30,612 nt of DNA, from contig CAYTRV010000004.1 in assembly GCA_964440285.1 (NCBI GenBank), positions 1 through 30,612 of the forward strand, in the 5' to 3' direction. The stretch is from an uncultured Bifidobacteriaceae bacterium (lineage in GTDB: Bacteria; Actinomycetota; Thermoleophilia; Miltoncostaeales; Miltoncostaeaceae). The notes beneath the pieces were generated by a model. The model had not been told where the DNA came from, made no database searches, and was given only the letters and a program-made list of their open reading frames with translations. This document shows positions 19,287 through 27,277 of the stretch, in pieces (the stretch's first letter is position 1; every line of letters begins with the position of its first letter). A program made the translations under genes and the position numbers.

Positions 19287-19958
19287 CTAGGCCGCCTCGG
19301 CCGCCGCCTTCGGCTTCGGCGTGAGGACCGCAGCGATCTTGGCGGAGAGGATGCCGAGGATCACACCGCACACCAGGGTGACGAGGACGTTGAACCACAC
19401 CCATCCCCATGGCGTCGAGATGACACCACCGAACGCACCCGAACCGGCGGTCGCAGGGGCGCCGAGCGCCTCGACGCTGTTGCCGACACCGCCACCGTTC
19501 GTCGCCCAGCCGTCGAGGCCGGTGGCGATCCACCAGACGAAGACCGAAGCGAAGGCGGGGAAGGTACCGGCAACGTAGTACCAGTCACCGAGGATCAGGA
19601 CCATCACCAGGACGAGGGCGAAGATACCCACCCAGAGGGAGATGCCCCAGAAGTCCGGAAGATCAGCGGTGGTCCACGAAAGCGGCATCGTGACCAGCGC
19701 CGCCACCGTGCCGAAGATGCAGGCAACGATGATCTTGCCGAAGGCGGCGTTGTCGCCACCCGCAGCGAAGAACAGGCCCCAGGAAATGAAGGCGATCGGC
19801 AGGATCAGGTGGAAGTTGCCGGGTAGCTCGAGGCCGATGCCAAGGTCACCATCGGTGACCCAGTGGAACGTGAAGTTAAGGGAGAACTCGGTCCAGAGGA
19901 ACGAGAGCACCCCAATGACAATGGCAAGAGGCGTAATCGCCTTTGCGCGTGCACCCAT
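19287..19958 (-). CDS. DUF1097 (YcdZ-like) multi-pass membrane protein
   Basis: Hydrophobic 223-aa protein with the AFISWGLFFAAGG motif. ATG at 19958 follows AAGGAG. Confidence 0.7.
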   Translation of the reverse strand: MGARAKAITPLAIVIGVLSFLWTEFSLNFTFHWVTDGDLGIGLELPGNFHLILPIAFISWGLFFAAGGDNAAFGKIIVACIFGTVAALVTMPLSWTTADLPDFWGISLWVGIFALVLVMVLILGDWYYVAGTFPAFASVFVWWIATGLDGWATNGGGVGNSVEALGAPATAGSGAFGGVISTPWGWVWFNVLVTLVCGVILGILSAKIAAVLTPKPKAAAEAA

Positions 19959-20158
19959 CGAGTTGGCTCCTTGGAGAGAGAACATGGGTCGCGCGGCCGG
20001 GAGAAGACAAGTCAGACAGGAAGTGACCGCGCGGCACCCCGAATATGAAGGTGTCCCCGCTCATTCGACGCCGGCAGCGGGTTCCCCCCTGCACGCAACG
20101 CCTCATAGCGGTTCTTCGCGGCCGTGCCGCTCCCCCACAGTGCGGTGCCAGGCCGACT

Positions 20159-21166
20159 CTACGTGGCGGGTGGAGTTGGTTGCAAGTGTCGCGCACTCGA
20201 CAGTTCACTGCGCCGAGCGTGCAAATCCTCCAAGAGCTCCAGGATGACGCCCCGGAGCGCCTCCGGCGAGTGCCGCACAACCTGCCCTGCCGCGGCGAGA
20301 TCGCGAGTCACGACGCGCACCCCGAGGTTGCGGAGGATCGGTTCGTCGACCGGGACCGGTTCCTGTCCCTGCAGCCGGTAGCGGGCCACGGCGTCCGGAG
20401 CGAGGGGACCGTCGTGAACGATCGCCACATCCACCGCGCCATTCGCCGCCTCCATTACGTGGCGGAGGTGGTCGGCCGCGTCGAACCCCGTGGTCTCACC
20501 CGCCTGCGTCATGACGTTCCCGACGTACACGCGCAGCGCGCGGGTGTCGCGGAGCGCGTCGACGATGTCACGCACCGCGAGGTGCGGCAGGACGCTGGTG
20601 AACAGGCTGCCGGGGCCGAGCAGCACCATGTCGGCGTCGAGGATCGCGTCGATCGTGCGGGGGTGCGCGTCGGGGGTCGGATCGAGCCACACCCGGACGC
20701 ATGCGCCGGCGCCGGAACCGATCTGTGTCTCCCCGCAGACGGTGGTGCCGTCGTCGCGCTCCGCCCACAGGCGCACCTGCTCCAGCGTGGACGGCAGCAC
20801 GCGCCCATTGACCTTCAGCACCCGCGAGCTCTCGCGGACCGCGAGGTCGAAGCTGCCCGTGACCTCGGACAGGGCGGCCAGGAACAGGTTGCCGAACGAG
20901 TGTCCGGCGAGATCCCCGTCCGCGAAGCGGTGCTGGAAGAGGCGGCCGAGCAGCGATTCGTCGTCGGCGAGCGCGACGAGGCAGTTGCGGATGTCGCCGG
21001 GCGGGAGCACCCCGAGCTCCCGGCGCAGCCGACCGGACGATCCGCCGTCGTCGGCGACGGTGACGATGGCCGTGAGGTCGAGGGGCGCCGTCTTCAACCC
21101 GCGCAGGACGGTGGACAGGCCGTTGCCGCCACCGAGAGCGGCGATCCGCTGCCGGCGGTCGGTCAC
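20159..21166 (-). CDS. yvcK: YvcK/GlmR (CuvA) family gluconeogenesis and cell-wall factor
   Basis: LGGGNGLS, VTVADDGGSSGRLR, PPGDIRNC, GHSFGNL and GPGSLFTSV. GTG at 21166 overlaps the rapZ stop. Confidence 0.93.
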   Translation of the reverse strand: MTDRRQRIAALGGGNGLSTVLRGLKTAPLDLTAIVTVADDGGSSGRLRRELGVLPPGDIRNCLVALADDESLLGRLFQHRFADGDLAGHSFGNLFLAALSEVTGSFDLAVRESSRVLKVNGRVLPSTLEQVRLWAERDDGTTVCGETQIGSGAGACVRVWLDPTPDAHPRTIDAILDADMVLLGPGSLFTSVLPHLAVRDIVDALRDTRALRVYVGNVMTQAGETTGFDAADHLRHVMEAANGAVDVAIVHDGPLAPDAVARYRLQGQEPVPVDEPILRNLGVRVVTRDLAAAGQVVRHSPEALRGVILELLEDLHARRSELSSARHLQPTPPAT

Positions 21167-22047
21167 GTCGCGCCGCCTGCGGCACGGTTGCCTCGATGGA
21201 TGTCGCGATGCTCCACGGTCACGTCGTACGTGTCGGCGCGATAGCGGTTCGCCATGAGCTCGGCGATCCGGACGCTGCGGTGCCGGCCGCCGGTGCACCC
21301 GAAGGCGACCACGAGATGGTGCTTCCCCTCGGCGGCGTAGGCGGGAAGGAGGAAGTCGAGCATCGCCTCGAGCCGCTCCCGGAACGCCGCCATGCCGTCG
21401 ACCCCGTCGAGGAAGTCGATGACCGGCTGGTCACGCCCGGTGAGCGCCGCGAGACCCGGCTCGTAGAAGGGGTTGTTGAGGAACCGCACGTCGAACTGCA
21501 GGTCGACGTCGCGCGGCACGCCGTGCTTGAAGCCGAACGAGACGAACACCACCTCCAGCCGTGTGCGCGGCGAGCCGGACATGAGCGAGTCGGCAACGGC
21601 CTTGCGGAGGTCCCAAATCGAGAGGCTCGTGGAGTCGATCACCACGTCGGCCCGGTCGCGGAGTCCTTCGAGCAGCTCGCGTTCCCTTGTGATGCCGCCG
21701 AGCACCCCGCTTCCGTCGGCGAGGGGATGCCGGCGCCGGGTCTCGCGGAACCGCGTGAGCAGGGCGTCGTTCGACGCCTCCAGGAACAGCAGGCGCGGCG
21801 TGATCTCCTCGATCTCGCCGAGCCGGTGGAGCTCCCGGCTGAGCTCGTCGAACCATCGCCCGCCGCGGACGTCGCATGCGACCGCCATCCGGTCGAGCTT
21901 CGCGCCCTCGAGGCGCGCGAGCTCGACGAGCGTCGGGAGCATCCGCGGCGGGAGGTTGTCGATGCAGAACCACCCCTCGTCCTCGAAGGCGCTCATCGCC
22001 TGGCTCTTACCGGCGCCGCTCATGCCGGTGATGACCGTCAGCTCGAT
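21163..22047 (-). CDS. rapZ: RNase adapter / P-loop NTPase RapZ (YvcJ); start codon non-canonical or frameshifted
   Basis: ITGMSGAGKS, CIDNLPP, RFRETRRRHPL, SFGFKHG, DVRFLNNP and GCTGGRHRSV. There is no in-frame ATG/GTG/TTG after the uvrC stop; an ATC lies 7 nt after GGAGG. Confidence 0.92.
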   Translation of the reverse strand: MELTVITGMSGAGKSQAMSAFEDEGWFCIDNLPPRMLPTLVELARLEGAKLDRMAVACDVRGGRWFDELSRELHRLGEIEEITPRLLFLEASNDALLTRFRETRRRHPLADGSGVLGGITRERELLEGLRDRADVVIDSTSLSIWDLRKAVADSLMSGSPRTRLEVVFVSFGFKHGVPRDVDLQFDVRFLNNPFYEPGLAALTGRDQPVIDFLDGVDGMAAFRERLEAMLDFLLPAYAAEGKHHLVVAFGCTGGRHRSVRIAELMANRYRADTYDVTVEHRDIHRGNRAAGGAT

Positions 22048-22070
22048 TCCGCCACCTCCCTCGCGAACAT

Positions 22071-23960
22071 CTAGACGCCGCCCGGGGTTGCCGTCTTGTG
22101 CAGGTGATCGTAGATGTCGCGTGCGACCTTCGGCGGCAGTCCCGGTACCCCTGCCAGCTCGTCGATCGACGCCTGCAGGAACCGTTCGGGGGAGCCGAAA
22201 TGACGCAGGATCGCCGAGCGGCGCGACGGGCCGATTCCCGGGAGGGCGTCGAGGATGCTGCCGGTCATGCCCTTGTCGCGGCGGCCGCGGTGGTGCTTGA
22301 GGGCGAACCGGTGCGCCTCGTCCCTGATCGCCTGCAGGACGCGGAGCGCCGCGGACCCCTCGGGGAGGATCACCGGGTCGGACCTGCCGGGCACGTAGAC
22401 CTCTTCGAAGCGTTTCGCGAGCGAGACGGCCGGAATGCCCTCGATTCCGGCCGCAGCCATCCCGCGGAGCGCCGCGCCGAGCTGCCCCCTTCCCCCGTCG
22501 ATCACCACCAGCCCGGGTCGCTGCGCGAACGAGGGGTCGTCGCCACCTCCCGCGAAGCGCTCGAAGCGGCGGGTGATGACCTCCTCGATGCGGGCGAAGT
22601 CGTCCGCGCCGCCGTGGTACCGGGTCGCGAACGTCCGGTAGAGGGCCTTGGCGGGGGCGCCGCCCTCGAACACCACCATCGAGGCCGACGCGTACGTGGG
22701 TCCGAGGTTCGAGATGTCGTAGCACTCGATGCGCACCGGCGGCGCGGGCAGGTCGAGATGGCGTTGCAGTTCCGCGAGCGCGTCTCTGCGCCGATCCCGC
22801 GCGAGCTGGTGGCGCTTGCGGTCCTGGTCGAGCGCGAAGCGGGCGTTCCGATCGGCGAGGTCGGCGAGGCGCCGCTTGTCGCCGCGTTCGGCGTGACGGA
22901 CCTCCACCCGGCTGCCGCGCCGTTCGCTCAACAGCTGCGTGAGCGCCTCGCCCGCGACGGCGGACGGCACGACCACGAGCGGCGGGATCGCGATCGCCAG
23001 CGAGTAGTACTCGATCGCGAACTGTTCGACGATCGTGCCGCTGTCGTCTTCACCGGCGAGGTCGAGGTGGAATGACTGCCGGTCCTGCATGACCCCATCC
23101 CGCACCTGCAGCACCTGGACGTTCGCGGCGTCGTCGTCGGCCGCCAGCCCGATCACGTCGAGCGTACCGAGTCCCTCGTTGGTGGCCCACTGCCGCTCCA
23201 TGAGATGCCTGACCGCGGCGAGGCGGTTGCGGTGGATGGCGGCCTGCTCGAACTCCTGCGCCTCGGATGCGGCGCGCATCCGCTCGTCGAGCTCGCGTTC
23301 GAGGCCCCGGTACCGGCCGGACAGGAACGCGATGATCTGGTCGATGAGCGCGCGGTACTCGGTCTTGGTGATGTAGTCGACGCACGGCGCGAGGCACCGT
23401 TTGATGTGGTAGTCGAGGCACGGGATGCCGGACGGGCGCCCCGGCTCCGGCCCTTCGCACGGCCGCGACGGGAAGATCCGGGCGAGCACGTTGAGCGTCT
23501 CCCGGACCTTCGAGGCGTTGGAGAACGGACCGAAGTAGACGCGGTCGCGGCGGTGGCGCTCGCGGGTGAAGTAGACCCGGGGGTACTCCTCGTCGAGGCT
23601 GATCCCGATGTACGGGTAGCTCTTGTCGTCGCGGAGGCGGATGTTGAACGGCGGCCGGTGCCGCTTGACGAGGTTCGCCTCGAGGATGAGCGCTTCGCTC
23701 TCGCCGCCGGTGATGAGCAGCTCGACCCGGTCGATTCGGTCGACGAGCTCGGCGGTCTTGGGGTGCGAGCCCGGTCGCGGGGCGAGCGATGCCGGATCGT
23801 CCGGTGTGAGCGGCGCCCGGAAGTAGGAGAGCACCCGTTTGCGCAACGACTTGGCCTTGCCGACGTAAAGCACGGCATCGGCGGCGTCGCGGTAGAGGTA
23901 GACGCCGGGGCTGTCGGGCAGCCGGGCGAACTGGTCGCGCAGGGTGGTGCGAGCGGACAC
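22071..23960 (-). CDS. uvrC: Excinuclease ABC subunit C
   Basis: GIY-YIG domain (PGVYLY, YVGKAKSLRKRV), LRDDKSYPYI, IECYDISN, RDEAHRFA and C-terminal HhH (LPGIG). Confidence 0.97.
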   Translation of the reverse strand: MSARTTLRDQFARLPDSPGVYLYRDAADAVLYVGKAKSLRKRVLSYFRAPLTPDDPASLAPRPGSHPKTAELVDRIDRVELLITGGESEALILEANLVKRHRPPFNIRLRDDKSYPYIGISLDEEYPRVYFTRERHRRDRVYFGPFSNASKVRETLNVLARIFPSRPCEGPEPGRPSGIPCLDYHIKRCLAPCVDYITKTEYRALIDQIIAFLSGRYRGLERELDERMRAASEAQEFEQAAIHRNRLAAVRHLMERQWATNEGLGTLDVIGLAADDDAANVQVLQVRDGVMQDRQSFHLDLAGEDDSGTIVEQFAIEYYSLAIAIPPLVVVPSAVAGEALTQLLSERRGSRVEVRHAERGDKRRLADLADRNARFALDQDRKRHQLARDRRRDALAELQRHLDLPAPPVRIECYDISNLGPTYASASMVVFEGGAPAKALYRTFATRYHGGADDFARIEEVITRRFERFAGGGDDPSFAQRPGLVVIDGGRGQLGAALRGMAAAGIEGIPAVSLAKRFEEVYVPGRSDPVILPEGSAALRVLQAIRDEAHRFALKHHRGRRDKGMTGSILDALPGIGPSRRSAILRHFGSPERFLQASIDELAGVPGLPPKVARDIYDHLHKTATPGGV

Positions 23961-23967
23961 CGTTCCG

Positions 23968-23973
23968 AGTATA
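23968..23973 (-). promoter_or_regulatory. -10 element (TATACT), leaderless uvrC transcript
   Basis: TATACT on the minus strand lies 7 nt before the GTG at 23960; no SD. Confidence 0.6.
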
Positions 23974-24038
23974 GGTCGGACCGGCGCCGGTCGATCGGGT
24001 CGCCGACCACGCGGCGACCCGATCGACGAAGACCGGAG

Positions 24039-24557
24039 TTACCGGCGCATCATCCGCGATGCGGTGCCGATGATGAGCGTCAGCGAGACCAGGGTGATGG
24101 TTGCCCAGACGACGGCCTCGAGGAGAACCAGGTTCGGTCCCTGCGCGTCGCCGCCGGCGGGCTGCGCCCGATCGGTGAGGAGGAGCATGACGCGGCAGGT
24201 GCCGAGCACGAGCCAGTAGAGGCCGGCTTCGTGGAAGGCGTGGCCGAGGAACTTCTGCCACGTCTTCGCGCGGAAGCCGGCGGCCATGTAGGCCGAGACG
24301 ACGAATGCCGCGAATGCGAGAAGGACGAGTGAGAGCGCATCCTCGATCTGGCCGGGTCCACCGGCGCCGACGACGAGGAAGAGAAACATGCCGACAAACG
24401 TGAGGCCGGCGAGCGTCGCGTTAACGAGTTGTTTGTGGTGACCGCCGGCAGTGCCGGTCGTGACCGAGGCGTAGAGCCGGTCGCCGATGGTGATCGCGCG
24501 GAACATCGCGAGCACGAGCGGCAGCACGGCCAGCCACAGGATGACTTCAGATTGCAC
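24039..24557 (-). CDS. Hypothetical membrane protein (about 5 TM segments)
   Basis: 172-aa ORF filling the gap between uvrC and the Tad cluster; hydrophobic segments; G-rich SD before the GTG. Confidence 0.6.
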   Translation of the reverse strand: MQSEVILWLAVLPLVLAMFRAITIGDRLYASVTTGTAGGHHKQLVNATLAGLTFVGMFLFLVVGAGGPGQIEDALSLVLLAFAAFVVSAYMAAGFRAKTWQKFLGHAFHEAGLYWLVLGTCRVMLLLTDRAQPAGGDAQGPNLVLLEAVVWATITLVSLTLIIGTASRMMRR

Positions 24558-24676
24558 GTGCCCCCCTTGGAAGCGTAAGTGGTCGCGAGGCTGTTCACCT
24601 CGACGTTCCTGGGGTTTCGCCCTCCGTCACCCACTCCCTGCAACCCGATCCGACGAAAGATCGGGACGCGCTGCGT

Positions 24677-25966
24677 TCAGGCGAGCAGGTCGTCCATGCG
24701 CAGGAGGGTGACCCCGCCTCCGGCCGCGGCCGGGGCGGTCATGGTCGGGTCGCCGGCGAGGGCCATGATGCGAGCGACATACGCCCTGGTCTCGGCATAG
24801 GGCGGCACGCCCTTGTAGCGGTGGACGGCGCCGGGGCCCGCGTTGTACGCCGCGAGGGCCAGCGGGACCGACCCGAACCCCCTCAGGTGGGCGCCGAGGA
24901 GCCGCCCCGCCGCCGGGATCGCCTGGGTGGGGTCGAACGGGTCGCGAAGGTCCATCCCGCGTGCGGTCGCCGGCATGAACTGGGCGATGCCCCGGGCGCC
25001 GACCGGGCTTACAGCCCAGCGGTCGTAGCCTGATTCGGCCTGCAGCAGCGCCGCGAGAACGATCGGCGGCACACCGCCACCGGTCGCGCCCGCGATTACG
25101 AGCCGCCGGTACGGAATCGGTACCCACCCTGGAAGCGCGTCCGCTTCGGGGCTCAACGGAGGCACAGCCACGCTGACCGTCCGCGCATCGCCGCACCCCG
25201 GGAGGTACCCGTAGTGCCATGGCTCCCACGAGTAGCGCTGAAGGAACCCGAACGCGGAGGCGTGCGCCGCCAGCCAGTTCCACGCCCCGCCCGAGCCGCC
25301 GAGGTCGAGCTCCGTTGCGTTGCGGTGCCGGCTCCTCCCGGGAGGCGCGACCCACCGGGGGTCGGGGTGGCGGCGGAAGAGCACCGCCTGCTCGGCGTCG
25401 CTTCGGAATCCGCTGGTGACGGCGAGATCGACACCGTCGCGCTGCGCGGCGACGTCCATCCGATCGAAGGCCGCCGCCACCGCCGCGCACGTCGGCTTGC
25501 CGTCGCGAAACACGAGCGGTCCCGTGTACTGGCCGCCGCCGACGCTCCACGACTCGGGAAGGTCCCCCGCTCCGGGTGCGACCGCGGCCCGCGCAGCGGC
25601 GCGTACGCGAGTGCCTGCCGGGCCGGGCGCAGCGACGGTGACCTGCACCATCGTGGGTGGCCATCGCGACCCCTCCGGCCAGACCACGTCGACGAGCGTC
25701 ACGCCGTTGCCCCCGGCGATCTGCTCGGCGGTGCGGCGGATCTCCGCGCGCCAGCTGTGTCGCGGGCGCCCCGACTCGGCTGCCATCGCGGGCAGGATCT
25801 CCCTGAGGCGCCGGCCGGCGGAGATCGCCGTGAGGTCGGCCGCGGTCTGCGCCCGCGCATGCGCGGCGTGCGCCCGCCCGAGCCAGAACACCCCGATTCC
25901 CGCGACCATGATGAGCGCGCCGACCAGCACGACCAGCGGGAGCGCCTGGCCGGCCTCGGACCTCAC
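24677..25966 (-). CDS. TadG-like pilin N-terminus fused to an M15B (VanY-like) peptidase domain and an SLT lytic transglycosylase domain
   Basis: G|QALPL plus TM plus AQTAAD (Tad/pseudopilin); SGFRS...SRH-x6-D...EPWH (M15B Zn ligands); AESG, GIAQFMP, AYNAGPG and ETRAYV (SLT). Confidence 0.85.
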   Translation of the reverse strand: MRSEAGQALPLVVLVGALIMVAGIGVFWLGRAHAAHARAQTAADLTAISAGRRLREILPAMAAESGRPRHSWRAEIRRTAEQIAGGNGVTLVDVVWPEGSRWPPTMVQVTVAAPGPAGTRVRAAARAAVAPGAGDLPESWSVGGGQYTGPLVFRDGKPTCAAVAAAFDRMDVAAQRDGVDLAVTSGFRSDAEQAVLFRRHPDPRWVAPPGRSRHRNATELDLGGSGGAWNWLAAHASAFGFLQRYSWEPWHYGYLPGCGDARTVSVAVPPLSPEADALPGWVPIPYRRLVIAGATGGGVPPIVLAALLQAESGYDRWAVSPVGARGIAQFMPATARGMDLRDPFDPTQAIPAAGRLLGAHLRGFGSVPLALAAYNAGPGAVHRYKGVPPYAETRAYVARIMALAGDPTMTAPAAAGGGVTLLRMDDLLA

Positions 25967-26226
25967 GGGGCGCGGACCACCGCACGCATCGGCACGCGGA
26001 GCTCACCGAAACCCGGGAGCAACGCCGGTACGGGGACCGAGCCGCCGACCCGGACGATGCCGTCTCCGCGCAGCGACAGGGCCGCGGCGCGAGCCGTTTC
26101 CTGCGCCAGCAGCGCTCCGCGCACAAGCACCGCCAGCTGCCAGACGAGGACCACGACCGCCACGAGCACGGGGACGAGTGCGATGGCCTCGACGCTCGCC
26201 TGCCCGCGCGACGCGGCGGGCCTCAT
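25963..26226 (-). CDS. TadE-like minor pilin
   Basis: MRPAASRG|QASVE plus TM plus ARAAA; coupled to both neighbours by 4-nt overlaps. Confidence 0.75.
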   Translation of the reverse strand: MRPAASRGQASVEAIALVPVLVAVVVLVWQLAVLVRGALLAQETARAAALSLRGDGIVRVGGSVPVPALLPGFGELRVPMRAVVRAP

Positions 26227-26576
26227 CGGGCGACGGTCGCGACGCCGTCGACGGTGCCGAACGAGCCGCGCCCCGACAGCACCCTGGGGATCGGAACGCG
26301 GACCCGCACGCGCACCGTCCCGGAGCGGTCCGAGAGGAGCGTGACGTTGGCGCGCGTGGCGAGGCGGTCGGGCAGCACGGCCAGCGCCGCCCGCTCCACC
26401 GGCGCTCCGACCGACCCCGCCCGCGCCGCGGTTCGGGCGGCGCCCTGCGCGGTCTGCCATGCGTACGCGGCGAGCACCGCCTGCCACCCGACGAGGGCCA
26501 GGAACCCGACCGCGACGGCCACGCCGAGCATCTCGACGGAGGCCTGTCCATGTTCGCGTCGCCGTTCCCGACCCAT
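26223..26576 (-). CDS. TadE-like minor pilin
   Basis: Basic leader, G|QASVE (Glu at +5), TM, then AARTAARA. Confidence 0.8.
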   Translation of the reverse strand: MGRERRREHGQASVEMLGVAVAVGFLALVGWQAVLAAYAWQTAQGAARTAARAGSVGAPVERAALAVLPDRLATRANVTLLSDRSGTVRVRVRVPIPRVLSGRGSFGTVDGVATVAR

Positions 26577-26582
26577 GCCCTC

Positions 26583-26588
26583 ACGCTA
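26583..26588 (-). promoter_or_regulatory. -10 element (TAGCGT), leaderless tad minor-pilin operon
   Basis: TANNNT lies 6 nt before the ATG at 26576. Confidence 0.45.
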
Positions 26589-26670
26589 GGGAGCGGGGTG
26601 TGACACGGGGCGCGCGCTCTGTGTCAGTTCACGCGCGGCATCGTGCCAATTGTCGTGCGCGGACGAGGGG

Positions 26671-27036
26671 TCAGTAGCGGCGGCTGCGGGAGACGATCCA
26701 GACGATCACGAGGCCGAGCGCGGCGGCGAGCGCCCACACCCCGGCATAGGAGATCCGGTCGGCGAGGAGGGTCGGGCCAGCGGCCACGAGGACGACGATC
26801 CCCACCGCGCACGCGATGATCACCCCGCGCAGCACCGGCTTAATGACGAGCCACTTCAGCCGGTTCTCACGGAAGTACTGGTACCCCATGAGGATCACGA
26901 CCGCCAGGAAGACGACCAGGAAGATCTGGTTGACCGCCACGGCGGTCGCGCCGAGCCCCCGGTCGAACACGACCCCGAGGGACGCGATCGCAGCGAGGAT
27001 CAGGAAGTTGCGGATCGCCACCACTTTGCGCTTCAC
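26671..27036 (-). CDS. Hypothetical small membrane protein (about 4 TM segments)
   Basis: 121 aa, alternating hydrophobic segments, high-GC codon pattern. Confidence 0.65.
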   Translation of the reverse strand: MKRKVVAIRNFLILAAIASLGVVFDRGLGATAVAVNQIFLVVFLAVVILMGYQYFRENRLKWLVIKPVLRGVIIACAVGIVVLVAAGPTLLADRISYAGVWALAAALGLVIVWIVSRSRRY

Positions 27037-27064
27037 GGTCCAAGGATCGCAGATCCCCCGGCCG

Positions 27065-27277
27065 TCAGTCCGCCGGGTCGCCCTCTCTTAGCTCATAGCC
27101 GGCGCACCGCATCACCGGGATCGGCGGGTACTTCGGGAAGCGCGCGTCGTCACTGGAGCGCAGGCACAGGGAGAATGCCGACCGCGAGGTGTGGACGACC
27201 TGCTGGTGGCGGCAGCAGTCGCAGAGCCCGGCGCCGTCCGTCCCGGGCTCAGGTCTAGGCCGATTCGGCGGCGACAC
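27065..27277 (-). CDS. Small Cys-rich putative metal-binding protein
   Basis: 70 aa with GLCDCCRH...FSLC...RFPKYPPIPVMRCAGY; overlaps the end of thrS by 23 nt. Confidence 0.6.
   Translation of the reverse strand: MSPPNRPRPEPGTDGAGLCDCCRHQQVVHTSRSAFSLCLRSSDDARFPKYPPIPVMRCAGYELREGDPAD

Noticed and set aside
23760-23820. Short Pro-rich insertion in the UvrC GIY-YIG domain (APLTPDDPASLAPRPG)
   Set aside because: It falls in a variable loop and the catalytic motifs are intact.
23947-23967. GGAAC-GGT-GTCCG at the uvrC start as a possible SOS box
   Set aside because: Spacer is 3 nt rather than 4 and both half-sites are mismatched.
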